Source: Anaerolineales bacterium (GTDB lineage Bacteria > Chloroflexota > Anaerolineae > Anaerolineales > E44-bin32). From it: a DNA stretch of 60,867 nucleotides. The DNA is taken from positions 1-60,867 of the forward strand of contig JARRJK010000001.1 of NCBI GenBank assembly GCA_037379555.1. The letters run 5' to 3'. Position 1 is the stretch's first letter. Every line of letters begins with the position of its first letter. Of the stretch, positions 20,407-31,296 are shown one piece after another. The translations under genes were made by a program, and so were the position numbers. The notes beneath the pieces are model-generated. The model saw only the letters and a list, made by a program, of their open reading frames with translations. It did no database searches and was not told where the DNA came from.

Positions 20407-21055
20407 GAAAACAGCTCCCGTCGTCCCCGGGCTTAAGCTGGAGCGCGCACTTCACCGGGCCGGGATCCAGCGCATCGCCGGTCTGGACGAGGCTGGCCGC
20501 GGCGCCTGGGCTGGTCCGGTGGTTGCTGCAGCCGTCGTGCTCCCTCTCGACCGCCATGACCTGAAGCGCACCTTGAAAGGGGTGCGAGATTCCAAGCTCG
20601 TTCCGGAGCCAGAGCGCGAGCGCCTCGCCGAACGCATCCGCTCGGTGGCAGTCAGCATCGGTATTGGGGCCAGCAGCGCCAGAGAGGTGGATCAGAGCGG
20701 GCTGCTGCCCGCAACCCGGACCGCCATGCGGCGGGCGCTGCTCGGACTGGGGCTTCCGGCAGAATACTTGCTGCTGGATTATCTCCTGCTGCCCGAGCTG
20801 CATGTACACCAAACAGCGCTCCCGCATGGCGATGCGCATGTGCTCTCGATTGCAGCCGCTTCGATCATCGCCAAAGTCAGCCGGGATGAACTGATGCGGC
20901 ATATCAACGGCTACTTCCCCGGCTACGGTTTCGACCACAATAAGGGCTACGGGACCCCTCTTCACCGCCGCGCGCTGCACCGCCTTGGTCCATGCCCGGT
21001 GCACCGCCAGACTTACGAACCCGTGGCGCAGCTCGAAATGAGTGACTTGCTCTGA
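20396..21055 (+). CDS. rnhB: Ribonuclease HII
   Basis: IAGLDEAGRGAWAGPVVAAAVVL, DSKL, ASIIAKVSRD, GYGT motifs. ATG 20396 overlaps the GT2 stop by 11 nt. Confidence 0.9.
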   Translation: MPVKKTAPVVPGLKLERALHRAGIQRIAGLDEAGRGAWAGPVVAAAVVLPLDRHDLKRTLKGVRDSKLVPEPERERLAERIRSVAVSIGIGASSAREVDQSGLLPATRTAMRRALLGLGLPAEYLLLDYLLLPELHVHQTALPHGDAHVLSIAAASIIAKVSRDELMRHINGYFPGYGFDHNKGYGTPLHRRALHRLGPCPVHRQTYEPVAQLEMSDLL

Positions 21056-21171
21056 TCCCGGAACCACCCAGAAGGCGATGAACATCCGCGAACCCCGGGA
21101 ACGTCATCCGTACCCACACTGAAGCAAGTGCGATAGACTTAGCTCTGGATCACGCGATTGGAGCTTTAACC

Positions 21172-23328
21172 GTGTCGCTAGAAGCATTCTTCACGCCGCA
21201 TTCCGTTGCCGTTATCGGCGCTTCAACCCACCCTGAGAAACTGGGCTACGCGGTTCTCGATAACCTCGTGAACGGCGGATACATGACAGATGAACGAAAA
21301 GTCTATCCGATCAATCCCGGCGCCGAGACTATTCTCGATCTGCCCGTGTACGCCTCCGTCAAAGATGTCGAGGAGCCGATCGACCTGGCTGTCATCGTCA
21401 TCCCCTATCCCTACGTACCGGATGCACTGCGCGAGTGCGGTGAGAAGGAGATCCCGGGTGTGATCGTGATCAGCGCCGGTTTCCGCGAAGCTGGCATGGA
21501 AGGGCTCGAGCGGGAGCAGGAACTGATCGAGATCGCCAAACAGCATGATATCCGTCTGGTAGGGCCGAACTGTCTGGGCGTGATCGATACGGTCACTCCG
21601 CTCAACGCCAGTTTTTCTGCCGGATTGCCGCCGGGCGGCCCGATGGACTTCATGTCCCAATCCGGCGCGCTCGGTACGGCGATCCTCGACTGGGCCCAGG
21701 CTGGCCGCTTAGGGATCAACAAGTTCGTCTCGCTCGGCAACAAAGCTGATGTGAATGAGATCGATTTGCTGCGGGCCTGGGGCTCGGATCCGACCTCGAA
21801 CGTGATCCTGGCTTACATCGAAGGCCTGCCGGACGGGGAGGAATTCATCCGTGTCGCCCGGCAGGTAACACGCTCGAAGCCAGTGGTTGCCCTGAAGTCC
21901 GGCGTGACACAGGCGGGCTCGCGCGCTGTCAGTTCGCACACCGGTTCGCTGGCCGGATCGGAACAAGCCTACGAAGCAGCTTTCCGCCAATCCGGGGTCA
22001 TACGGGCCGAGTCGCTGGAGGACCTCTTCGACTATGCCCTTTCGTTCGGATACCTCCCGCCCTTGAAAGGCGACCGGGTGGCGATCGTCACCAATGCCGG
22101 CGGACCCGGCATCCTGGCGACGGATGCCCTCGAGAAGGCGGGCATGCAGCTCGCACGATTTGATCCCGACTGCATCCACGCGCTTGAACAATTCTTGCCC
22201 GACGCAGCCAGCGCAGCCAACCCGGTCGATGTCCTGGGCGACGCCCGTGCCGACCGCTATAAATTTGCCCTGGAGAACGTCGTGCAGGATGCTCACGTGG
22301 ACGCGGTCCTGGTGATCCTCACCCCGCAGGCAATGACCGAGATCGAAGAAACGGCCAGGGTCATCGCCGATGTCGCAGATGAGACTGACCTGCCAGTTCT
22401 GGCCTGTTTCATGGGTGAAGCCCGGGTAAGCGAGGGCACGCGCGTGCTCGAGGCCCGCAACGTCCCAAATTTCGCCTTCCCGGAACGGGCGGCAATGGTC
22501 CTCGAGGGCATGAGCCGCTTCCGCCGCATCCAATCCGAACCACCGCCCACGTTTGAGACCTTCGATGCCGACCGCCAGGCTGTCAGGGACATCATCGCTC
22601 ATGTGCGGGAGGAAGAGCGCGTTTCCATCGGTGATGCGGAAGCGCGTTCGATCCTGACCGCGTACGGGTTGACCATCCCGCCATCAGAGCTGGCCGAGAC
22701 GGCTGATCAAGCGGTGGAATACGCCAGCTCGATGGGATATCCTGTGGTCTTGAAAATCGCCTCCCCGGATATCCTGCATAAGACCGATGTCGGCGGCGTC
22801 AAGGTCGGCCTGGAAAATGCCGGGGATGTGCGCGATGCCTTCGACCTGATTACCTATCGAGCTCAACGCTACCTGCCAGAGGCACGTCTGTGGGGGTGCC
22901 TGGTGCAGAAGATGGTCCCCGCTGGTCTCGAGATCTTGATCGGTATGAATCGCGACCCGCAGTTTGGACCGCTGGTCACCTTCGGCCTGGGCGGAATCTA
23001 CGTCGAGACGCTGCGAGATGCGTCTTTCCGTATCGCCCCCTTCAGCCGGGCCGAGGCGGCAGAGATGCTGAACGAACTGCGTGCCAGCGCGCTGCTGGAT
23101 GGTGTGCGCGGCGAGCCTCCAGTGGATAAGGACGCGCTGATCGAGGCACTTCTGCGCATCGGCCAGTTGGTGCTGGACTTCCCGGAGATCAGCGAGCTGG
23201 ATATCAACCCGTTCGTCGTGTACGAAGCCGGTCAGGGCGGGACAGCCCTCGACATGCGATTGATTTTGAAAAGCAATCCTTCCGATCGGGCAGGCAAGGC
23301 GGAAGACACATCAGGGAGTGCCACATGA
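21172..23328 (+). CDS. ADP-forming acetyl-CoA synthetase / acetate-CoA ligase (fused alpha+beta, NDP-forming acyl-CoA synthetase family)
   Basis: CoA-binding SVAVIGAS.., succinyl-CoA-synthetase-like ligase domains (SQSGALG, SSHTGSLAG phospho-His loop), C-terminal ATP-grasp. GTG start with GGAG upstream. Confidence 0.85.
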   Translation: MSLEAFFTPHSVAVIGASTHPEKLGYAVLDNLVNGGYMTDERKVYPINPGAETILDLPVYASVKDVEEPIDLAVIVIPYPYVPDALRECGEKEIPGVIVISAGFREAGMEGLEREQELIEIAKQHDIRLVGPNCLGVIDTVTPLNASFSAGLPPGGPMDFMSQSGALGTAILDWAQAGRLGINKFVSLGNKADVNEIDLLRAWGSDPTSNVILAYIEGLPDGEEFIRVARQVTRSKPVVALKSGVTQAGSRAVSSHTGSLAGSEQAYEAAFRQSGVIRAESLEDLFDYALSFGYLPPLKGDRVAIVTNAGGPGILATDALEKAGMQLARFDPDCIHALEQFLPDAASAANPVDVLGDARADRYKFALENVVQDAHVDAVLVILTPQAMTEIEETARVIADVADETDLPVLACFMGEARVSEGTRVLEARNVPNFAFPERAAMVLEGMSRFRRIQSEPPPTFETFDADRQAVRDIIAHVREEERVSIGDAEARSILTAYGLTIPPSELAETADQAVEYASSMGYPVVLKIASPDILHKTDVGGVKVGLENAGDVRDAFDLITYRAQRYLPEARLWGCLVQKMVPAGLEILIGMNRDPQFGPLVTFGLGGIYVETLRDASFRIAPFSRAEAAEMLNELRASALLDGVRGEPPVDKDALIEALLRIGQLVLDFPEISELDINPFVVYEAGQGGTALDMRLILKSNPSDRAGKAEDTSGSAT

Positions 23329-24395
23329 AAGCGCTATACGTAACTTCAGTCGAACCCTACTCAGGCAAGACGGCAGTCTGCCTGGCACTCGGCTATCAGT
23401 TCCAGCAGCGTGGGCTGAAAGTGGGATACATGAAACCGGTGAGCACTCAGCCCTGGCGGACGCCAGATGGGCAGCTGGCAGATGAAGATGCGGTCTTCGT
23501 TCACAATTCGCTCGGCCTGGAAGGCGATCCGCTCAAAGCCGCTCCGGTAATCGTCACCTCCACTCAGTTACGTGAACGCCTGAAGGGATTGGATCAAGAG
23601 GATAAGCTGGGAATGATCGAGGAGGCCGCCCGGTCTGCAGGGAAAGACAAGGATGTCCTGTTGCTCGAAGGCGGCAGCAGCCTGAGAGAAGGCTATGCCA
23701 TTGGGCTATCCAACCTGCGCGTGGCCGAGGCGCTTGGCGCGCCGGCGCTTGTTGTCGTTCCCTACCGGGGGGAAATGCGCATCGTCGATGATGTGCTTAC
23801 CGCCCGCTTCAGGCTGAGCGAGCAATTGCTGGGTGTGATCCTGAACCAGGTGGCGCCCGATGATGCGGCCTTCGTCCAGGACTACGCGCTGCCCTTCCTT
23901 GAAAACAAGGATATCCAAATTCTGGGAAGCCTGCCGAGTGTTCCGCGCCTCTCAGCCCTGAGTGTCGGAGAACTATGCACCCTGCTCGATGCAGAGGTGC
24001 TCACCAAGAACATGAATCCCGACGCCCTTGCGGAAAGACTCACTGTGGGGGCGATGACAGCCGATGCGGCTCTCTCGCGCTTCCGCCGCTATCCGAACAA
24101 GGCGGTCGTCACCGGCGGCGACCGTACCGATATTCAACTGGCGGCGCTCGAGACCTCGACGGTGGTCCTGATCCTGACCGGCAACCTGCGTCCCAGCCCA
24201 CTGATTATCCAGCAGGCGGATGCACTCAATGTCCCGATCCTGCTGGTCAAGGACAACACGATGGAAACGGTTGAGCGCATGGAGCAGGCGCTGGGCAAGA
24301 CACGGCTCGGTCAACCCGACAAGCTGCAGACCTTTTTGAAGCTGATGGATGAGAATGTCGACAGCAAAGTGATCTTCGATGCGCTGGGGTTGTAA
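23325..24395 (+). CDS. Pta N-terminal-like protein (BioD-like P-loop domain + DRTGG domain), no phosphotransacetylase catalytic domain
   Basis: MKALYVTSVEPYSGKTAVCLALGYQFQQRGLKVGYMKPV resembles the Pta/BioD N-terminus; VVTGGDRTDIQLAALE is DRTGG. ATGA overlap with the ACD stop; AGGGAG RBS. Confidence 0.7.
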   Translation: MKALYVTSVEPYSGKTAVCLALGYQFQQRGLKVGYMKPVSTQPWRTPDGQLADEDAVFVHNSLGLEGDPLKAAPVIVTSTQLRERLKGLDQEDKLGMIEEAARSAGKDKDVLLLEGGSSLREGYAIGLSNLRVAEALGAPALVVVPYRGEMRIVDDVLTARFRLSEQLLGVILNQVAPDDAAFVQDYALPFLENKDIQILGSLPSVPRLSALSVGELCTLLDAEVLTKNMNPDALAERLTVGAMTADAALSRFRRYPNKAVVTGGDRTDIQLAALETSTVVLILTGNLRPSPLIIQQADALNVPILLVKDNTMETVERMEQALGKTRLGQPDKLQTFLKLMDENVDSKVIFDALGL

Positions 24396-24400
24396 CCGGC

Positions 24401-27400
24401 TTAATCCGGCTTTGCTTCAGCCTGCTGTGAGACTGGCAGCCATACCGAGAACGTGCTGCCGCGCTGCGCTGCACTCTGGAGCGTGATCCGGCCCCCATGC
24501 CGCTCGATCACCTCCTTGCAGATCGACAATCCCAAACCGGTCCCAGGCGTTCCCATCATCCGGCTGGCTTTGCCCCGGAAGAAGCGCTCGAAGATGTGCT
24601 CCTGCTCATCTTTGGCGATGCCCAGACCATTGTCCGTCACACTCAACACCGCCCAGGCCGCATCACGGTTGTCATGCTCAATCCGGGTTTTCAACTGCAC
24701 CTTCCCGCCGGCTGGCGTATAGTTGAGCGCATTCGTCATCAGGTTCGCCAGGACCTGCGAGATCATCCGCTCATCAGCGCTGACTCTCGGTAAGCGTGAA
24801 TCGAGAGCGACTTCCAGGTCGAGGCCACGATCGGCGAACAATCTCTGCCGATCCTCCACCAGGCCGCGCGCCAGTGCGTTCAGATCAAGCAGCACAGGAT
24901 ATGGAATGACGCTGCCGGCATCGATGCGCGAGACGGCCAGCAGATCCTCGATCAGTACGACCAGGCGGTTCGTCTCACGGTTTAGCGTCTGCAGATAGGA
25001 TTCATACCGTTCCGTTCGGCCGCGGCGCATCAAATCCAGGTACAGGCGGATGTTGCTCAACGGCGTACGAAGCTCATGCGAGACATCCGATACGAACTGG
25101 CTCTTGAGCTTCTCGGCTGCCCGAGCCTGCTCGAGCGCCTCAGCCAATTCTGCCGTACGGGCATTGACGGTTTCTTCCAGGCTGGAGGCGTGTTGGCGCA
25201 GACGCTCGTAAAGTGCCGAGTTTTCGACCGCGATGCTAAGCTGATTCGCCAGGAGCGAGAGCAGGCGGACGTCGTCGTCGCTGAAGACCGAGAGCACCGG
25301 TGATTCGATGTTCAGAACACCAATCACGACGCCTTCCTTATGGAGCGGGACGGCGATTTCGCTCCGCGTCTCATGCAGCCCGACAAGATAATCTGGATCC
25401 TGGCTGACATCCGGGACAAAGGCTGGATGGTTGGTGCGGACAACGCGGCCGATGATTCCCTGGTTGATCGGAATGCGGATGTGCTTGTCGCGCGGCCCGC
25501 CGAAGGCCGCCCCCAGGATCAAGTCATCCTCCTCCACCAGATACACCTCGACGACCGGGTAGCCCAACACGGTGCCCACCTGCTGGACGACTTCCTCCAG
25601 CAGCGCATCCATCTCCAAGCGGCGGTTGACGAGCTCCATGACCTGCCGGACGACGGTCAGTTCGACCAGTCGGCGTTCAACCTGGCCGTACTGCTGGGCG
25701 TTGGAGAGCGCCAGGCTCACCTGGCGGGCAATCGCGATCAGCAGGTCGAGATGCTCAACGTTGAATACACCTACATCACGATGCAGGAAGCTGATCACGC
25801 CAAGCAGCTCACCACCAGAAGTCAGCGGCGCGCACACAGCGGATCGGACATCGTCATCGACGCCGCGAATCGTCGCCCAGCGCCTGTCGGTAGTCACATC
25901 ATCCACGAGCACCGGCATGCGATGTTCAGCCACCCATCCAACCAGGCCCTCGCCCAGCTGCATCCTGAGCTTCTCCTCCAGGAGCGTGCGGGGCAGGTTG
26001 TCGTCACGGTAGGAGGCGCTTAATTCAAGCACGCCCCGTTCTTGATCCAGCAGGAACGCCTCTCCGGAGCGGGCGCCAAGATGAGCGGTAGTGAGCGCAA
26101 TGGCACGATCGAGTATCTCTGCCTGATCGAGGCTGTTTGCCAGCTCCTGCGCCAGCCCGTACACGAGCTGCACGGAGCGCCGCTCCTTGACGACATTTTC
26201 GTACAGGCTGGCGTTCTGGATCATCAGCGCAGCCTGATCGGCGAGCAGTTCGAGCGCGCGCAATTCCGCTTCATCAAACTGGTGCGGCTGCTGCATCGCC
26301 ACATTCATCACACCCACGATGCGGTCCCGAATTTTCAAGGGCAGGCCGACGATCGCACCGCCCCAATTCCAGTTTTCGTACAGGGGGTGTGAATCAACAT
26401 CAGCGATCACGATCCGCTCGCCTGTTCGTGCTACGGTGTACGTGAGACCGTCTTCACGGATTTGTGTGTACACATGGTTCGCAGCCCCATCAGCGGATTG
26501 CGACGCGCCGAAGGTGAGTTGATCCCCGTCGTACAGGAAAATGTGCGCATCGTCTGCAGCCACCAGGCTGAGTGTGCTGGTGAGGATCGAGGTCAGGACG
26601 GTCGTTAGTTCCAGGTTCGAAGCCACGCTCAGGCTGGCCTCGCGCACCGCCTCCAGTTCGCGCGTCCGCAACCGCTCGCGGTCGAGCGCTTGCATTTTCG
26701 CCAGGGCCAGGGCGACCTGGCCTGCAGCTTGCTCCGCGAGTTGGAGCTCCAAACCGGAAAGCTCACGCTCCTCGGCGAAGGTGACCAACGCAGCGCCGAA
26801 CCAGACTTCATCGAAGATCATCGGCATCGCCAGAACCATGCGGCCTTCGCAAATCTCACCCACACGTGGAGACACCAGGTCGCTTTTTGCTGGATCTTGC
26901 AGGACGATCGGATGTCCAACCTCAAGCACCGCGCGTGTCAATGTCCGCTCGTCGTCCTCAACCTCAAGCAGCTCGAATTTGCGTTCGAGTTCGCCGTCCT
27001 TTGCCGCCACCGGGATCCTCTGCGATTCGTCCCAGAAGGTGATGACACAATCCTCCCCGTGGAACAATTCGGTTAAGTCCCCGGCGACCATCCTGACCAA
27101 CTCGCTCATCGTACCCGCTCGCAGAGCGTCGCGCGTGAGTTCATTCAACCGGTCGAGCTGCCAGACCCGTTGGCGGATATCGGTCAGTAGGCGGATATTC
27201 TCAACCGCAACCGCCGCTTGGTCAGCAAAGAATACAAGTTGCTCCAGGTCGCGCTGGCTGAAGGGTAGCGTGCGCTCGTCGCGCAACACGTGAATGACGC
27301 CGCTGATCTTCCCCTGCCATTTCAAGGGCGCGCTGATGAGGGCGTGAAACGGCTGTTCCTCGTCGAATACCTCGGCGCGCCCATCCCACTGGCGGTAATC

Positions 27401-28279
27401 ATCGACTTTCAAGGCCTGGCCGTGTTCTGCAACATAGCCCGCCGCTCCCTCACCGAATTTCAGGATTGTGCCGGTGTAATCTCGTCGGGTCTGGTGACTG
27501 ACAACGCAACGCACGACCCTGCGTTCCGCATCGGCCAGGTACAACCCACCGGCATCGCCATCAAGCAACTCAGTGGCCTGTGCCACCAGCGTCGTGAACA
27601 TCTCAGGCAGCTCGATGCCCTGAATGATCATGCTCGAAAGCTGATGGGCCTGCTCAACCTCGGCCACCTGGTGGCGAAGGAGTTCCTCCTCATACAGGCG
27701 GTTGATGGCGGTGCTGAGATCCACGCCCAGCACTACAAGTGCGTCGGTCATTGCCGGGTCGAGAACCATTCCAAGGCGGGCCACGACAAGCCACCCGCGC
27801 ATCTCTCGCGCATGTTTTAGAGGGATGACCATCACCGCCAGCGGCTGCTGCCTGAACTCCACATCGGTTTGGACTGCAGCTTTGCCTGTCGTTCTGGCCT
27901 CCACCAGCAGCCGGTAGAGGTCACCGCCATTGGGGTCGAAGCGGGAAGCGAGGGCAGCGCCCTGCCGGGTGTGGCTACAGGACGTGAGAGTCGGTGGTTC
28001 CTGTGCTACTTCAAACCATTCGACCTGGGCGAAGCTGAATCCGTAGGAATCCGTCAGCAAGTGGCAGATATCGCCCGCAAGCTCGGAGCGATCTTGCGCG
28101 TGGAGCATCAATCCCCGCATCTCGAGAAGCAGATTCGATACGGGTTCCCCCGACGGGATACCGGGCGGGTCCTGACGAATCCCGGGCATGCGGGACCGTA
28201 ATTTGGTGATCCATCGTTGGAATGTCATCAAAATTCCCATGCCACGAAACGGCAGTTGCCCCGGTTTTGACTGCCGCAT
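24401..28279 (-). CDS. Sensor histidine kinase with about six tandem GAF domains
   Basis: Six repeats ending in ..A(V/I)(E/Q)N(A/S)xLY.. type GAF C-termini, H-box [37 protein letters not shown]. The start is uncertain. Confidence 0.85.
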   Translation of the reverse strand: MRQSKPGQLPFRGMGILMTFQRWITKLRSRMPGIRQDPPGIPSGEPVSNLLLEMRGLMLHAQDRSELAGDICHLLTDSYGFSFAQVEWFEVAQEPPTLTSCSHTRQGAALASRFDPNGGDLYRLLVEARTTGKAAVQTDVEFRQQPLAVMVIPLKHAREMRGWLVVARLGMVLDPAMTDALVVLGVDLSTAINRLYEEELLRHQVAEVEQAHQLSSMIIQGIELPEMFTTLVAQATELLDGDAGGLYLADAERRVVRCVVSHQTRRDYTGTILKFGEGAAGYVAEHGQALKVDDYRQWDGRAEVFDEEQPFHALISAPLKWQGKISGVIHVLRDERTLPFSQRDLEQLVFFADQAAVAVENIRLLTDIRQRVWQLDRLNELTRDALRAGTMSELVRMVAGDLTELFHGEDCVITFWDESQRIPVAAKDGELERKFELLEVEDDERTLTRAVLEVGHPIVLQDPAKSDLVSPRVGEICEGRMVLAMPMIFDEVWFGAALVTFAEERELSGLELQLAEQAAGQVALALAKMQALDRERLRTRELEAVREASLSVASNLELTTVLTSILTSTLSLVAADDAHIFLYDGDQLTFGASQSADGAANHVYTQIREDGLTYTVARTGERIVIADVDSHPLYENWNWGGAIVGLPLKIRDRIVGVMNVAMQQPHQFDEAELRALELLADQAALMIQNASLYENVVKERRSVQLVYGLAQELANSLDQAEILDRAIALTTAHLGARSGEAFLLDQERGVLELSASYRDDNLPRTLLEEKLRMQLGEGLVGWVAEHRMPVLVDDVTTDRRWATIRGVDDDVRSAVCAPLTSGGELLGVISFLHRDVGVFNVEHLDLLIAIARQVSLALSNAQQYGQVERRLVELTVVRQVMELVNRRLEMDALLEEVVQQVGTVLGYPVVEVYLVEEDDLILGAAFGGPRDKHIRIPINQGIIGRVVRTNHPAFVPDVSQDPDYLVGLHETRSEIAVPLHKEGVVIGVLNIESPVLSVFSDDDVRLLSLLANQLSIAVENSALYERLRQHASSLEETVNARTAELAEALEQARAAEKLKSQFVSDVSHELRTPLSNIRLYLDLMRRGRTERYESYLQTLNRETNRLVVLIEDLLAVSRIDAGSVIPYPVLLDLNALARGLVEDRQRLFADRGLDLEVALDSRLPRVSADERMISQVLANLMTNALNYTPAGGKVQLKTRIEHDNRDAAWAVLSVTDNGLGIAKDEQEHIFERFFRGKASRMMGTPGTGLGLSICKEVIERHGGRITLQSAAQRGSTFSVWLPVSQQAEAKPD

Positions 28280-28497
28280 TCAATGAAACCTGCCAGGTTG
28301 GCTCCTACTTTACTCCCAATCGACCCTTGGCGGTATGGGGCATCCGCACTAACACCTGCCCCCAAGACAGCGATCCGGGGGCGCTTCTGTTCCGTTCAAA
28401 TACGACCTGCCCGGGTCAATTCGATTATACTCAGGGCAGCGATACTATCGACCGGTTAGCCAGAGTTTACCTTTTCAACCGGGACGGGAGTGAATTC

Positions 28498-31212
28498 ATG
28501 AATTTTGATCCATTTCAGGCGCGCGCCACGTTGTCGACAACGAGCGGAGCGTATACCTACTGGCGCTTGGGGGCGCTGGAAGAAGCCGGACACACCAGGC
28601 TGTCACGCTTGCCTTTCTCGATTCGCGTGCTGCTTGAATCGGTTCTGCGCCAGGTCAATCAGCACGAGATCTCACAGGCCGACGTGCTTGCACTGGCAAA
28701 ATGGATGCCCACCCAATCCCAGCGAGCGAACATCCCCTTTCAACCGGCACGCGTGATCATGCAGGATTTCACCGGTGTCCCGGCCGTCGTTGACCTCGCC
28801 GCGATGCGCTCAGCTTTGGCGCGGATGGGCGGGGATCCGCACGACATCAACCCACGCGTCCCGGTCGATCTAGTGATCGATCACTCGGTCCAGGTCGACT
28901 TTTTCGCCACGCCTGAAGCGCTGCAGCGCAATGCTGAGATCGAATTTCAGCGCAACCGTGAGCGGTACGAATTCCTGCGCTGGGGCAAGGACGCATTCGA
29001 CAACTTCAGAGTTGTTCCGCCGGCTACGGGCATTGTGCACCAGGTCAATCTGGAGTACCTGGCCCGGGTTGTGCTCACGCGCGAGCTGGAGGGCGAAGTG
29101 CTCGCCTTCCCGGACACGCTTGTTGGAACCGACTCGCATACGACGATGATCAACGGTCTGGGTGTGCTCGGATGGGGTGTCGGCGGGATTGAGGCCGAGG
29201 CCGCCATCCTCGGCCAACCGATGGTCATGCCGGCGCCGGATGTGGTTGGTTTCCGGCTCGAGGGCCAGCTTCCGGAAGGTGCAACAGCCACGGATTTGGT
29301 GCTCACCGTGACCCAGATACTGCGCCAACGAGGGGTGGTTGGTAAATTCGTTGAATTCTTCGGCCCCGGGCTGCAGCATATGTCGCTCCCCGATCGGGCG
29401 ACGATCGCCAATATGGCGCCTGAATACGGCGCGACGGTGGGGTTCTTCCCGGTCGACGATGAAACTTTGAACTACATGCGGCTGACGGGCAGAGATGAGC
29501 AGTTGATCGACCTGGTGGAACGCTACTGCAAAACACAGGGCCTGTTCCACACGCCTGATTCGCCACAGCCAGAATTCAGCGACCTGCTCGAGCTCGAGCT
29601 CAATACGGTTGAAACCAGCCTGGCCGGCCCGAAGCGGCCACAGGACCGGATTCCGCTCTCGCAGATGAAGCCTGAATTCGAACGCAGAGTACACCAGCCG
29701 AAGAACGAAGGCGGCTTCGGCAGGCCCGTTGACTCACAACTTGCCACGGCTCAGCTGCGTTCGAACGGCGATAGTGAACCGATCGCCGATGGGGCTGTTG
29801 TCATTGCCGCGATCACCTCCTGCACCAACACATCCAACCCGAGCGTCATGGTTGGAGCCGGCCTGCTGGCGAGAAAAGCGGTCGAGTACGGTCTGCACGT
29901 CAAACCCTACGTCAAGACCAGCCTCGCACCCGGATCGCGCGTCGTCACCGAGTACCTGGAGGCCAGCGACCTGCTCGAGCCACTGAGTGAGCTGGGCTTC
30001 AACATCGTCGGGTACGGCTGCACGACCTGCATCGGCAACAGCGGACCGCTACCGGGAGAGGTCGTCAAGGTGATCAGCGAGGCAGACTTAATCTCGGCCG
30101 CCGTACTTTCAGGCAACCGCAATTTTGAGGGCCGCATTAATCCGTACGTCCGGGCGAATTATCTGGCTTCGCCACCGCTGGTGGTCGCCTATGCGCTGGC
30201 CGGTACGATTGACATTGACTTGCGGAATGAGCCACTGGGCACATCCAGGGATGGCGAACCGGTGTTCCTGCGCCAGATCTGGCCCAAGTCAGCCGAAATC
30301 CGGTCCGTGATTGAATCCAACCTCAAACCCGAAATGTTTCGCAAGCGCTATCGCGATGTCTTCACCGGAAACGAAACCTGGAACGAGATCCCTGTTTCGG
30401 GCGGAAACCTCTACCCTTGGCAGCAGGAGTCAACGTACATTCAGGAGCCGCCATTCTTCCTCGATTTTCCACCCGAAGCCCGAGCGATCGAGGATATCGA
30501 GGGCGCACGTGTGCTGGTGCTGCTCGGTGATTCGATCACCACGGATCATATTTCACCCGCCGGGGCGATCCCTGTCGAGAGCCCGGCCGGCCAGTACCTG
30601 AACGAGCATGGCGTTGAGGTGCGTGATTTCAATTCCTTCGGATCACGACGCGGCAACGACCGGGTCATGACACGCGGCACGTTCGGCAATATCCGCTTGA
30701 AGAATCTGCTCGTGCCCGGAGTCGAAGGAGGCTACACACGCCTGCTGCCCAAGGGCGAACAGATGAGCATCTTCGAAGCGGCACACGCATACAAACAGCG
30801 CGGCACACCGCTGCTCGTCATCGCCGGAAAGGAGTACGGCACCGGTTCTTCACGCGATTGGGCTGCGAAGGGGACGAATCTGCTCGGCATACGCGCCGTG
30901 CTGGCTGAATCCTTTGAGCGAATCCACAGGTCAAACCTGGTTGGGATGGGCGTGCTGCCGCTGGAGTTCCAGCCCGGTGAGAGCGCGGCCTCGCTGGAGC
31001 TCACAGGGGAAGAAATCTATGACATACATGGGCTGACGGATGAACTTAAGCCCGGGGATCTTGTCCGGATCGATGCTATCAGCGAAGACGGGAAGAAAAC
31101 GTCATTTCAAGCCCGTGTGCGCATCGATACGCCGGTTGAGGTCGACTACTACCGCAACGGGGGCATCCTGCACATGGTACTGCGTGACATGCTTAATCGA
31201 AGCACAGACTGA
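28498..31212 (+). CDS. acnA: Aconitate hydratase A
   Basis: [47 protein letters not shown] Fe-S ligand motifs, swivel domain. GGGAG precedes ATG 28498. Track start 28222 is an extension. Confidence 0.95.
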   Translation: MNFDPFQARATLSTTSGAYTYWRLGALEEAGHTRLSRLPFSIRVLLESVLRQVNQHEISQADVLALAKWMPTQSQRANIPFQPARVIMQDFTGVPAVVDLAAMRSALARMGGDPHDINPRVPVDLVIDHSVQVDFFATPEALQRNAEIEFQRNRERYEFLRWGKDAFDNFRVVPPATGIVHQVNLEYLARVVLTRELEGEVLAFPDTLVGTDSHTTMINGLGVLGWGVGGIEAEAAILGQPMVMPAPDVVGFRLEGQLPEGATATDLVLTVTQILRQRGVVGKFVEFFGPGLQHMSLPDRATIANMAPEYGATVGFFPVDDETLNYMRLTGRDEQLIDLVERYCKTQGLFHTPDSPQPEFSDLLELELNTVETSLAGPKRPQDRIPLSQMKPEFERRVHQPKNEGGFGRPVDSQLATAQLRSNGDSEPIADGAVVIAAITSCTNTSNPSVMVGAGLLARKAVEYGLHVKPYVKTSLAPGSRVVTEYLEASDLLEPLSELGFNIVGYGCTTCIGNSGPLPGEVVKVISEADLISAAVLSGNRNFEGRINPYVRANYLASPPLVVAYALAGTIDIDLRNEPLGTSRDGEPVFLRQIWPKSAEIRSVIESNLKPEMFRKRYRDVFTGNETWNEIPVSGGNLYPWQQESTYIQEPPFFLDFPPEARAIEDIEGARVLVLLGDSITTDHISPAGAIPVESPAGQYLNEHGVEVRDFNSFGSRRGNDRVMTRGTFGNIRLKNLLVPGVEGGYTRLLPKGEQMSIFEAAHAYKQRGTPLLVIAGKEYGTGSSRDWAAKGTNLLGIRAVLAESFERIHRSNLVGMGVLPLEFQPGESAASLELTGEEIYDIHGLTDELKPGDLVRIDAISEDGKKTSFQARVRIDTPVEVDYYRNGGILHMVLRDMLNRSTD

Positions 31213-31247
31213 TTCCCCGTATACTTTTACATCTCAACGTATGCATA

Positions 31248-31289
31248 CGAGCGGGCAACTACCCGCCTCGTTGTCTTGTGTTCTGGTTT
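31248..31289 (+). terminator. Intrinsic terminator after acnA
   Basis: CGAGCGGG-caacta-CCCGC(C)TCG followed by TTGTCTTGTGTTCTGGTTT. Confidence 0.55.
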
Positions 31290-31296
31290 GAGGGAT

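Noticed and set aside
24393-24403. Convergent stop codons of the Pta-like gene and the six-GAF kinase only 5 nt apart, possibly a shared terminator or overlap-based regulation.
   Set aside because: No stable hairpin or U-tract is evident around the junction, so there is nothing beyond tight packing to report.
28222-28497. 5' extensions of track ORFs for acnA (28222), clpB (13330), cbpA-like (5928), purA (33898), recF (48322), rnhB (20333) and the FHA gene (17301).
   Set aside because: The conserved N-termini begin at internal ATGs preceded by Shine-Dalgarno sequences. The extensions have non-protein-like composition or overlap promoters or neighbouring genes.
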